Source of the DNA: Octopus sinensis | Taxonomy: Eukaryota | Length of the DNA: 64,000 nt | Direction: 5' to 3' | Assembly (NCBI RefSeq): GCF_006345805.1 | Contig: NC_043004.1 | Location: 92,752,001-92,816,000 of the forward strand | Shown here: piece after piece, positions 12,138 to 25,798 of the stretch | How positions within the stretch are numbered: the stretch's first letter is position 1 | Layout: each line of letters opens with the position of its first letter | Made by a program: the position numbers and the translations under genes | The notes under the pieces: generated by a model | What the model saw: only the letters and a program-made list of their open reading frames with translations | Databases searched by the model: none | What the model was told of the DNA's origin: nothing

Positions 12138-13313
12138 TAAAAGTGAAACTATAGCTTTATGGAAAGTGAAACTATTATACTACTCAAAATGAAAATTGGA
12201 AGGGACATATGGGGGGTGGCTACAGTTCCCTATATGTGCAAGGGCCGAAATTTGACTCCCTCCCTACAACCCTCCCCGAGTAATGAAAAACATTCATGCC
12301 AAATTTGGTGACCCTATATGGGCAAGGGCTAAAATTTGAAACCCACCCCCCTAGAACCTTCCCTGAAGAATGAAAGACCTTCGTGCCAAATTTGGTACAG
12401 ATTGATCCAGCAGTTTGGCTGTGCATAGAGGAAACACACACACACAGGATTTTATATATATATAGCTATGTTTCTTTATTCATTTACTTGTTTCGGTCAT
12501 TTGACAGTGGCCATGCTGGAGCACCACCTTTAGTCAAGCAAATCGACCCCCAGGTCTTATTCTTTGTAAGTCTAGTACTTATTCTATCGGGCTCTTTTGC
12601 CGAACCGCTAATTTACGGGGACGTAAACACACCAGCATCAGTTGTCAAGTAATGTTGGGTGGGAAAAACACAGACACACAAACATATACACACATGTACA
12701 TATCTATCTATATATATATATATATTTCAACAATTGAGGGTAAAATTAATTAATTATTAATCAATTTCACCAAGTATTCAGTATGTAAAGGGACCATTTA
12801 AGGCGAATTCAAAATATTACATTATATATAAGGGCTTAGTAAAATAAATTACTTTGCCACATACTGAACTCATTAGAAATAGCAGCTAAAGAAATTTCTT
12901 TAGCTATTTCTAATACTTAAAGAAGATCTCTCTCAGATAGTGTTTGCTCAAACCAACTCACGAAGGTATGGGGGTAAAAACATTAAAAAATCAAGTGCAA
13001 AGGTTATTTGAGAACGTACGTTTCTAGATTAGTCAAATCGACATTTCTTTCGTCAGCTCAGAACTCCTTGATTCGGATTTGGGAACACTGAAAGTGGGAG
13101 CATACCCTTTTGGCTTCTTATCACCTCCGGAATTCCGCTCGAACTAACAGTGCTAACAAATTCAAAATATGCAAGCGAAGAATTTCTGCTCTCCCCTTTC
13201 GACCAGCGTGGGTTAAAATTGGCAAACACTATGTTTTATCGGTGAAAACCGAAGCATTAAACAGAGAGAAATGAATTATAATTTCAACTTATATATATAT
13301 ATATATAATTTCA

Positions 13314-13359
<46 letters not shown>

Positions 13360-16300
13360 TACGATGAGCTTCTTTCAGTTTCCGTCTACCAAATCCATTC
13401 ACAAGGCTTTGGTTGGCCCGAGGCTATAGTAGAAGACACTTGCCCAAAGTGCCACACAGTGTGACTGAACCCGGAATCATATGGTTGGTAAGCAAGCTAC
13501 TTACCACACAGCCACTCCTATGCCTATGATGATTTGTTTATAATGATCAAATGTTCATACTGCACACTAGCTCACTTCCTCCATCGAATCAACAAAATCT
13601 GCACAGGCGCAGAGTGAGTTGTCATACAACAAACGTTGAAGTGATCGCAGAGCAATGAGTGATGAAGTGTTTTGTTCAAGAATACAATACACTGCCCAGT
13701 CCAGGAATCAAGCCTACAATCTCATGATTCTAAGTTCAACACCCTAACCACTATGTCATGTGCCTCGACACAGCATACACTCACATATATTCACAAATCC
13801 TTGGAATTGTCTTGAGTCAAAACCAAAAAACTTTGCCATTTATCTCAAACAATAATACAGGAGTGGCTGTGTGGTAAGTAGCTTGCTAACCAACCACATG
13901 GTTCTGGGTTCAGTCCCACTGCGCGGCATCTTGGGCAAGTGTCTTCTGCTATAGCCTCGGGCCGACCAATGCCTTGTGAGTGGATTTGGTAGACGGAAAC
14001 TGAAAGAAGCCTGTCGTATATATGTATATATATATATGTTTGTGTCTCTGTGTTTGTCCCCCTAGCATTGCTTGACAACCAATGCTGTTGAGTTTACGTC
14101 TCCGTCACTTAGGGGTTCGGCAAAAGAGACCGATAGAATAAGTACTGGGCTTACAAAGAATAAGTCCCAGAGTCGATTTGCTCGACTAAAGGCGGTGCTC
14201 CAGCATGGCCGCAGTCAAATGACTGAAACAAGTAAAAGAGTAAGAGTATACATTTACATACATATTAACTAGTTTTTAGTTGTTATTGCTTATGCTCCAC
14301 ATTCAGCCTGATGGAAGACATTCTAGACATGAGCTCCTCCTTTTTTTATACATCGTATATAGGACTACATTATTTTGTGTGCCTTTTTTTAATGTTTTAG
14401 ATTTTAGAGTGTGATTTCAGAGTGATTTACTTGCTCTTCTCACCATCTCAAGGGTCCACTCAGCTAACCTTTAGTATGTAAAAATAGCTAAATTTAAAAA
14501 TCTACTCCCTGGTCAAATTTAGATTGTCACTTCTTCAGCAAACATAATAGAGCTGATTCGGCTTTGTTTTAATGTACAAGAAAGCACTTAAAATAAGCAT
14601 TACATTTATTTCTCACTGTGGAAGTAAGAAAAGACATTTGTTAAAAACAGAGCTTTTACTACAAAAAATATCATGTGATTTGTGCTTTGTGCTACATTGA
14701 AATATGAGATTATGTAGAATCCATGCAATTCAATGAGACTACGATTACTAGTTTTTTCACTAGATCAGTCCTGACCATTTAGGAGTGTGGTTCTCAACCA
14801 GAGTCCATATAAGATTTTGTGGGGTCCAAACAAGTAAACTAGCAATTTGGGGATCCACAGCAGTATTTCAAGGGTTCATGGAAAAAATTTCACTTTAGAT
14901 GTATTAATTGCAAGAAACAACTAGGTTTCTTTCTCTAACACTTAACATACTTCAACATGTCTCTGGCCACTTAACCCTTTAGCATTCAAACCAGCCATAT
15001 CCGGCCAAAATATTTAACCTGTTTTATATTGAAACTGACCAGATCTCGCCTCTCACCTCAGCCCTACCATGTCGTTCTAAAACTAAAAAATCACATCACT
15101 GAAATCTCTAAACAATAAAGATAATGCAGGATTAATTCAAACCATTTTAAATAACCAAACATCACATTTGACAGAATAATCTGAACAGTAAAGGGTTAAA
15201 CATGTTCTCTCGGGGAGTCCTGTTCCAAACCTTCACAAGTGAATGGGTGAAAAACAAAAGAAAGAAGTCTCTATAAAACTAGTTTTTAAGCATCGAATGG
15301 CAACAGCCAGGGGCCACCAGCATAAAATACTAATGAAAGGGATCTTGAAGTAAAATGGTTGAGAACCACAGATCTAGGCAGACTTATATGATGAAAGATT
15401 TTCCGACTATCACAGGTACTTTTTTTACTCTCTCACATATTTTTCTCTTCTTTTTTTAAATTTTTTTATGGCATATTCAGAGCTACATTATCCAATGATC
15501 CCTTCCCTTTTTTTAAAGATGGTGGAACATGATTTCACTGAGATTTTACTATTTATAGAGGGTCAGGTGATCACTTAAAAGCTAGCTCCCTCATTGGCTT
15601 ATATGTCTGGTAGATAAAATGCTTGTCTAGCATGCAGAATGGATGTAGTGTGTATAATATCTATTACGTAGGGAGTTATGTGGGCATGTATGTACACACA
15701 CACACACATGTAAGCGAGAGAGAGATCTGAGGGAGATTCAGTTGCTATTGTTAGTGGGTCAATAGAACACACTAAGACCCCTTGTGACTAGCTGTGGTCT
15801 ACTTTTGTTAAAATGCAATACAGGTTTGCTATGATGTGGTGTTTTCCACATCTATAATGTGTGGCCACTGTTTTGACTAGCTGTTGTATCTACTCTAGAA
15901 GCCACGATATTTTCTTGTTATCGGATACAGTGTATCTCTTCTATACCGGAATGGTAATACACCGCTTCGTCTATCATGCTATTGCTGATAGCTCTGAAAG
16001 ACACCAACTTTGAGCCATCTACCTTGACTGTGACTAAAAGTCAACTATAACGCATAACTGACACTTAACTCCAACTGAGAACTCATACAATGACTTTACA
16101 ATGACTGACACATGATTCCTCTTACTGGTTGACACCATCTCACTTTACAGTGGCTGGGAGAGGTATACCATTTCCACTACAAAGTTAAAACAACTAACAG
16201 CAAAAAAACATGATATACAAGTGAGAGCTAAGGGAAAAAGTATTGTCTCTTCTCTTCATTTTAAAGTTAATTTAAGAATTATAAGTATGTTAGTTTAAGA

Positions 16301-19030
16301 ATTATAAGTATGTTAGTTTTCGCTCAAGAATCTCTAGATAATTTCACTTCTGTCATATGTAAATGATTAGTTTACAGTTTAGATGTGATATAAAAATATG
16401 CAATGTAAACAAATATTATTAACAGGTAATGTTATCAAACATCATTGTTATCAAAATTAGTGGTTCCCCGAACATGCTCCAGCTATTGTCATATTTGTGT
16501 GGTAATATCAGCTTGTTATCTAAAAAGTTTTGCCCAAAAGTGATCATAGTAAAAGGCCTCATATATATATACATTTGTTAATCTTCGGCAGAAGCAACAG
16601 TGATTCAAAGGCCATGAGTTTTGTGTATTGGTACACTTATCAAGCTAGTTACAGATCAAAGAGTGATGGGTTTATATTGCTGGTTGAAAATTGTATTTCT
16701 CTGGAATGTTCTTGAATGAAATTTAAAAACAAATATCATGTGGACAATTTATATTGTTCAAATTCTCATAGCTGTGTGTGTGTGTATAATGGAACACACC
16801 TTTGTGTGTGGCAGGTAAGCAGGTATGATAAAAGCTAAGAATGTACAGGAAATAGACTCACTCAAATGTTCAAAGAGTAGTTGACAGCTTCCAGTACCTA
16901 GGCAACTAAGTTAGCAAGGAGGAGGATACTCTGAAAGCATAGTTGCAAGAATAAGAACAGGCTGGGCAAAGGTCGGGGAGCTACTACCTTTGTTGATAAG
17001 AAAGAGCCTCTTCTTCAGGTTTTTGTATCACAAGTTGCTTGGCAACATCACTGATGTTGGTGCCACATAGAAAGCACCTAATACATTCTGTAAAGAGATT
17101 GGCATCCAGCTGTAGAAGCCATGCCAAAGCAGACAATAAAGTCTGATGCAGCTCTCTGGCTTGCCAGCTCCTGTCAAGCCATAGAATCCATGCCAACATG
17201 GAAGATAGATGTTAAATGATGGTGATGATGGTGACAATATACACACACACACACATATATATATACTCAGGATGTCCCAAAATTAAGGTAACTAACTTTT
17301 TACAATTTTGCCAAAGCAAAATATTGTTATATTTTGGATCTGAGCAGTGCAGTGCAATGGTAAAGGAAACACAATTATGACACTACCACATGTATTTGAT
17401 ATGACCTGTTTCGAATCACAGCCTAGATGCAAATGCTTTACATGAAGCATACAGCTGTTCTTGTGGAATCGAAGCCCCTTCCTTGCACAGTTTTACCTTC
17501 AGAGCATCAAGCGAAGCATGAGGAGTGAGCAAGACCCTCATCTCCAAAATGGACCAAACAGAAAAACCCAACAGGTTGAGATTGTGGCTTCTTGATGGCC
17601 ATACATCCTTGCCTATCAATGACAGAATATTTTTCTGAATCCAGTGTTATGTCTGTTTGAAGCTGAGATGGTTTACTGTCTGTCTGATGTCAAATTTATT
17701 TTCATCAGTAAACACCAAGTTGGACAGCGTGCCTTGAGCAATCTGACACAGAGTAAGACAACTTCTCTCCAGTCTCATGGCCTTATAAACTTGTGTGAGA
17801 TCATGACAGTGGATCATCTTGTATTGGTGGGTCCTGAAACCCTCCTTCAGCACTCTATACATTGATGTTCAGTATATTTTTGCTGTAGCAGCCAGTTTTC
17901 TGATGGAACAATGAGGTTTTGCTGTATCTTTTCTCTGGTATTTTGATAATCTGAGGGGTCCACACACTTCTTTTTCAGCTATGTCCAAGTTGATCAGCGA
18001 TAGAACCAGTCTCTTGAAATTTCTTGACAATTTTCCAGACTGTTGTTCAGTTAATTATAAGCTTTTTTGCTATAGCTGTATTACTTTTGCCTCCTTTGTG
18101 GAGGGTTATGATTGTATTTCAGGCTATAGCCATTATCTAATTTATAAATCTGCATTTATTTAGTCTGAAACAAAAAGAAGACTCACTAAGCTTTTACAAT
18201 GATGTATAATTTTCATATCTTATCATATTTATTGATAATTACTAAAGTCCTAAACTTCAGTTGTCAAGATATGTCTGAATGTTACAATTTTACAGTGTTA
18301 AAAGAACTCGTTTATTCTTGAAAGTCTATTAAAATTAGTATTTATTATTTTTGTTTTTACTGAATATACTGAACTCGGAATATAAAAGGCCGAAGGAAAT
18401 GCCACTAAGCATATAATTGGCAGCATTTTCAAATTAACTTAACCCTTTAGTGTTCTGATTATTCTATCAAACATAATGCTAATTGATTCACATTGATTTG
18501 AATTAATCATGCATTATCTCATATCTTCAAGATTTTGATGGTGTAATTACCTAATGTAGAATAACATTGTAGGGTAGGTGTGAGAGCCTGGATCTGGTCA
18601 GTTTGAACATAAAGCAGATTAAATATTTTGGCCGGATATGGCCAGTTTAAATACTTAAGGGTTAAAGGGATTAGAGTATCATTAATAAGTTTCATGTGCA
18701 AAACTCTTGGCCCTTGAGTCACAAACACATATGCACACACACAGACACACATACACATACACACACACATATGTATATGACAAACTTCTTTCAGTTTCCA
18801 TCTATCAAATCCACCCACAAGGCTTTTGTCAACCAAGACTACAGTAGAAGACACTTGCCCAACATGCTATGCAGTGGGACTGCACCCAAAACCACATGCC
18901 TGGGAAACAAGCATCTTAACTGCACAGATACACCTGCATCTATTCTTAATCATGCAACTACACCTGTACCCATTCTTAATCACACAGCCACACCTGTACT
19001 ATTCTTAGCCTTACAGCCATGTCTGCACTA

Positions 19031-19070
<40 letters not shown>

Positions 19071-21189
19071 AATAAGTTAATCCAAACAAGAAAGCACAAA
19101 AAAACACAACAACGCGAGGACATGGAACAAATATAGTATTATTGGACGCTCATATATATGTATATATGTATATATACACTACCTGAATTACCTGGTAATA
19201 CCCAGAAAAGCGTTGGTTATTTCCAGTTCCCATTCCCATAACATTGTTTCATGTCCTATCCCATTCCCTGTTCAGTTCCCATTTTAGTTCCGCTCCCATT
19301 CCTATCTGCAATCCTATATCAATATATAAATCTTAGAATCAGTTAGGTGTAATTAAGCCATTAAATATTTTTTAACCTTTATGGTTATAGTTTATTGCTA
19401 AAAATAGATATTAACAACTATTAATACGATTAGTGGGGGAATAAGGATTGTTCCTATATTATTTTAACAAATGAATATGCATTTGAGTAAGATAAATGAG
19501 TTGACCGGTAATACCTGGAAAGCAGGGGTTATTCCCAGTCCTCGTTTACCTTTACAGTTCCTTGTCCAATCTTGTTTCCTGATCAGCTCCTGCTTTTATG
19601 CTCAACCCATTGTTTAGGGTAATAGTTTATTACTAAGAATATGTATTACAAACTATTAATTCAATTAGTGGGTGAGTAAGAAATGTCCCTGTGTTATTTT
19701 AACTAACGAATATGCATCTGAGTAAAATGAAGTAGATAAACAGATTTACCAATATATTGACAAATAGTCTGTGTATTGTAGCTTGCATTGTCATGTGTCA
19801 CAGCTTATTGTAGTGTGGCCATATCTTGCATTGCATGATAAAAATGTTTAAGATATCATGGTGATTTAGATTTAATTCATCAAATTAATCTCATGATGAA
19901 CCAACTTCCAGGTCATTGGTCATTACATTGTTCCATGTCCTATCCATGAATCCTGCAATTGTCCATGTCCTTATTTTACTTCATGTACCGTTGGCGATTT
20001 TTTTTCCTCTGTCTTCCCTTCTCTGGATCTTTCCTTCTCCTATGTTTCCGATGAAGAGCTCCGCTCGAAACGTTAAACCCTCCTTCTTTCCTTCTTTCCT
20101 GAGTGTCCAATAATACTATATTTGTTCCACGTCCTCGCGTTGTTGTGTTCTTTTGTGCTTTCTTGTTTGGATTAACTATATATATATATATATATAGTGT
20201 GATAAATAAAAATATATGCATACATACAAACATATATGTACGTACCTACATCTACATGTATATATACATGCATATATAAATAATTATACATGAGTACAGG
20301 ACATATATATATATAGTGGTGGAGAAGAATGAGTTTTTATTGCAATTTTGAATTTGAGACAAAATATATTTTTTTCAAATGTTCACCGCCTAAAAAATAA
20401 TATAATGGCCTTTCCTAGATGCATTAAAGCATTATAACATAATCTGGTTACTATTTCAGAAAATTATTGTTGTTTTCTTTGTGCATAAAACAAGACAAAT
20501 TTAGCAGGGACAAAATGAGTAAGCCAAAATAAGGTAAATTTACCACTTTAGTTCTCCGAAAACAGACTCATACATGTCAGTATCCATCCCTAGATATTTG
20601 AAGGATCAGAAATGCAAAAACATTTAAATGTCTGGAAGAGGATAGGGAGAAAGTGGCATGATATGAAATTAACAAAATTGAACTAAATAAAACAGCCCCA
20701 GCATAAAATGCTCTCTTTAGCTTCTTCTTAATCTGCTTGTGTGTCATGGGAATTATTGAAATTAGTCACTTCCCATTTTACCCCATTTTAGACATCCTTT
20801 TCTGAAACTTGAAAATTATCCAATTAGACATTAGTGTGGGAAAAAATTGACTTAGAATCCAACAGAGAAAAGAATATTGATTGTTAAACACCAAAATTTA
20901 TTCAGATATTTTATCAGCAACATCAATTACTATCGCATTAAAGTTGAGGAAAAATTTCTTGAAAAAAAAGGCAACTATCACCTGACTATGTTTTGGACTC
21001 TCTCAACTTCAACGAAAACTATGCTGACCAATTTTTACTCCTAAGCATAGTACAATGGTACAAAACGATGATGCCATAATTGCAATGTAATGATTTCAGA
21101 CAGGTAGGGAGAAAATTGCAAGAAATCAGAGATTACTAATTTTGCCCCATATATGTATGTATGTATGTATGTATGTGTGTGTGTGTGTG

Positions 21190-21232
<43 letters not shown>

Positions 21233-23421
21233 ACTTGTAAAGTGAAAACTCATAAAGCAAAGCAATAATTTCCCATAGTAGCAATGTTATAAATTGTAAT
21301 TTGTTCCTAGAAAAATATTTTACTTATAAAATTTTTAAAACTCATAAATAAATGGCAATAAAGCAATAGTAGGATGTAAAGAATATTTTATGTAAAGTAA
21401 AAAGGACAAGATTATTTATAATAAAAATATTATCATAATCATTTTCTAAATCACTTTTACTTGCGCTAGACTTGCTTACACAATCACTTGTAGATGCAAT
21501 CACTGATTCACAAGCACTCCTAGATGGACTTACTTTTTTACTCTTTTATTTGTTTCGGTCAATTGGCTGTGGCCATGCTGGAGCACCGCCTTTAGTCGAG
21601 CAAGTCAACCCCAGGACTTATTCTTTGTAAGCCTAGTACTTATTCTATCGGTCTCTTTTGCCGCACCACTAAGTTACAGAGACCTAAGCACACCACTATC
21701 GGTTGTCAAGCGATGTTGGGGGGGGGGACAAACACACACATATATATATATACATATATATGATGGGATTCTTTCAGTTTCCGTTTACAAAATCCACTCA
21801 CAAGGCTTTGGTCGGCCCAAGGCTATAGTAGAAGACACTTGCCCAAGGTGCCATGCAGTGGGACTGAACCCAGAACCATGTGGTTCGTAAGCAAGTTACT
21901 TACCACACAGCCACTCCTATGCCTATGATTTCTTTTTAAAAAACAAGTCCAGAGTTGTATTCTTAGAAGAAGCTTCTTTTTGCTTTCTACAAATTTCTTG
22001 GTAACATGCAAAAGCATTTGTTATGGTAGTAGAAACCTTTGCACTTCATTCAAAATTTGGATCTCATGCTTGAAAAATTTCAGCTCATCATACAGAAGTA
22101 AGCTGAAAAATTAAGCTTTTAAACTTGAGGTCTCGTAAAGTGGGTCTTCATAAAGTGAGGTATTACTGTATATATATATTAATTGAAATGTACAGTATTA
22201 TATATCCATTACAGCCAATCTTACTTATCAGTTTCACACTTGGGGTTCAGAGGAGTGTTAGGTAACAGTCCAGTTATGTAACCTTGTGCTTTTCAGAGAT
22301 GGCAGTTATGGAATGAAATATGACACCATGTTTTATTCCATAATTGTCATCTCTGAAGAGTACAGAGTTACATTATCGGACTATTACTTAACACTCCATT
22401 GAACCCCTAGTTTGAAACTGATTGGTAAGATTGGCTGTAATGGATATATAATGCTTTACACTTCAATTGATATACCCACTCTACTGACAGACATACAAGT
22501 GCATTTTTTCCTGACTTAGGAATTCTTAAACAGCTTACACACAATATACATATATATGTGTGTGTGTGTATGTATAATATGTATGTATATGTGTGTGTGT
22601 ATATATATATAAAGTTAATCCAAACAAGAAAGCACAAAAAAACACAATAACGTGAGGACATGGAACAAATATAGTATTATTGGACGCTCAGGAAAGAAGG
22701 AGGGTTTAACGTTTTGAGCGGAGCTCTTCGTTGGAAACATAGGAGAAGGAAAGATCCAGAGAAGGGAAGACAGAGGGTGTATATAGATATATATGTATGC
22801 ATATATATATGAGTGTATGAGTTTTTGGTGATGCATTGGAACTTATCAAACTTTTGCTAGGTGCCAATGCATGAAACTCTCAGCTCTTGACACCTTTTGT
22901 AACTTTTGCTGAGTATTAATAATAATAATATATATATATTCACACACATGTACATATCAATATAATATATATATGTGTGTGTGTGTGTGTTCATATCATC
23001 ATCAAGCTTCTGCACATTTTATTTTTTTTATCATATTTCATTCCTAAGGCTTTGATACATCTACAATTGCACCAAATTGTCTTTTATTTAGATGGAATCC
23101 AGATCCGTGTGATTGCAAAATGAACTTCTTAACCATAATGCCATAAATGATATTTCTGTACCATATCATACATTTTGTTTTTTTATTGAAATGTTTAAAG
23201 TTTCTATATAATGATTTTCTGTTTCAGATGGTGAAGAATATTCTGGAAGAATTTTCAGTGAAAAATGATATATGGACAGACTCTGATTCCTATAAGCAAG
23301 TTAATATCTATTTAATATCATAATATTAACAATGTGTTACAAAAAACAATTGTAAGAATGTTCTGAATTTCCAGCATTTTTATCTACATTGAAATGCCAT
23401 CTACACATTACATACCTATAA

Positions 23422-23458
<37 letters not shown>

Positions 23459-25573
23459 CCTGAAAAATTAATATTGTTTTTGTTGTGTCTTTTTAATATC
23501 CTGTAATTTAACAGTTTGACAAAGGATTAAAAAAAAGGTACAAGCCTGAAAGTCCAGAGGTTGATGCAATCAACAAAACTCTTTTTGGCAGTGCTGCAGC
23601 ATGGCCACAATCCGATGACTTTATTTATTTTATTTTACTTTTTTATTTTTATCTAGTTTCAGCTCACGAGCTGTGGCCATGCTGGGGCACCGCCATTTGG
23701 TGTTGCTACATGATTTTACTTCACGAATGCTTTTTAGCAATTGCCATTTGGTGCATTAGAGAGTTCGATGCAGCTGCCCTCATCTGCACCTCCTGCTGTG
23801 AAGTTGGTTCATCTGGGACACCTGACAAGAAGAGATCCAGTTTTATTTTAAAGATATCTGCATCCACCCCATGCAGGTCTCTTAGGTTCTTCGGGGGGAT
23901 ATTGAAGAGCTGTGGGCCTCGGAAGCCCAGGCTATCACAGTATCTTGTCCTACATCTTGATGGCAAATTTGGAGTCTTAAGACATTTAAATAATTAGTGA
24001 GCATTTGGACACATGCACAAGGACCAAATCTTCCAAATTTCTAGTCTTCCCATTCTATAAAAGTGCAGACAATACTCCAAACCAAACAAGAATTAATAAG
24101 GAAAGTTCATTTATTAGAAATAAAAAAATACAAGCCACTGCTGAACAGGCTATGAAAAACATCAGTAGTACACAATTCTCTTTTTCCTATGAACTCATTA
24201 TTGTAAAATGTATACTTGGGCTTGTTCTTGAGAAAACCAAAATTCATGTACTTGCTATCATCTATCTTATTTACTCTACACTTTGTTATCTTACTTGCCC
24301 TACACCTTGTTAACAAAGAAGGGATATATTTTAACATGTTCAATGGGAAGAAAGTAGCCTTAATTGATGACATTATTCTTTGACAAAATAATTGTTCCGA
24401 ATTTTAGTATTGAAAGTTACCCCAACAGCAGAACAGGGCACCACTGCATGGTGCCAAAGATCCCAACATCACCATCAAAATACAGGACCAGATATTGCAA
24501 CAGCTTGGGTTTCAAGGGACCACAGATCTTCAATATCCTTCCTAAATGCCTGAGGGACCTGCATGGTGTGGATGTGGGTTTGTTTAGAACTAAACAGGAT
24601 CTCTTCTTGTCAGGGGTTCCAGATGAACCTACCTCTCGGCAGGAAACACAGATGCGGGCAGCGGCATCGAACTCCCTTGTTGACCAAGTGCCACATATCA
24701 GAGGTGGTTTCACATACTAGTGTAGCTCATTCAATGGTGGTGCCCCAGCATGGCCACGGCTTTTTAAGGATTTAAGGATTTAATCAATTATGGTTACGAG
24801 TTTTAAAATTTTTATAAGTAAAATATTTTTCCAGGAACGAATTACAATTTATAACATTGCTACTATGGGAGATTATTGCTTTGCTTTATGAGTTTTCACT
24901 TTACAAGTAATCTCCAGAAACAAAGTAACTTATAAATTAAGGCATTACTATACATATATGTACACATACACACACACATATATACTAGCTGAATAGCCTG
25001 TTGTTGTCATGCAATTTTTACAACAGTATGTCTTATATAAAAAAGTATTGCTTATGTCCACTCTTTAACGTATATTTTATCACTTATTCATCTCATTGTT
25101 TTCTAATTTTCACAAGAAATATTCAACACATTCAGTAGAGAAAAGCTTTTATGTGGCCTTCTCACATGTCTGTCACATAAGCATGATACATGAATGTTGA
25201 CCAATCAATTTGTATGATAATAGATAGCATTCTAAGTCACATTCTTACTTTAAAAACAAACTATTTTTATAACAATGCTCAGAATAGATATATAATTTGT
25301 GACACAACTCCATGCATTAAACAGTTTTGGAAACCTAATGTGAAACCAGTCAATTGTATTCCTATATTTTAAAATATAATTAAATTCTAATTAGTACTAA
25401 TATATTCTCTGTTCATTTTCAATTTCATTTCTTCTATTCTGCCATTTGTTTTGGATTAATAACAATTGATATATATATATATATATATATATATATCTGT
25501 GAGAGTTTTCAGTTCGAATCACACGTATCTCGAGGTGTGCTGGAGAATTTCTATTTTAGGATTTCCCTTGTTG

Positions 25574-25629
<56 letters not shown>

Positions 25630-25647
25630 ATGTATATATATATATAC

Positions 25648-25681
<34 letters not shown>

Positions 25682-25699
25682 GCACACAGACACACACAC

Positions 25700-25730
<31 letters not shown>

Positions 25731-25741
25731 CATACATATAC

Positions 25742-25798
<57 letters not shown>

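Larger units (their letters stand above)
12478..13527 (-). mobile_element. Family B SINE split by an insertion into its internal (TA)n
   Basis: 3' half at 12478-12700 and 5' half at 13360-13527, separated by the 12727-13290 element. Confidence 0.85.

Noticed and set aside
15882-16181. TG...CA-bounded ~300-bp segment resembling a solo LTR
   Set aside because: No matching TSD, second copy or polyadenylation signal identified.
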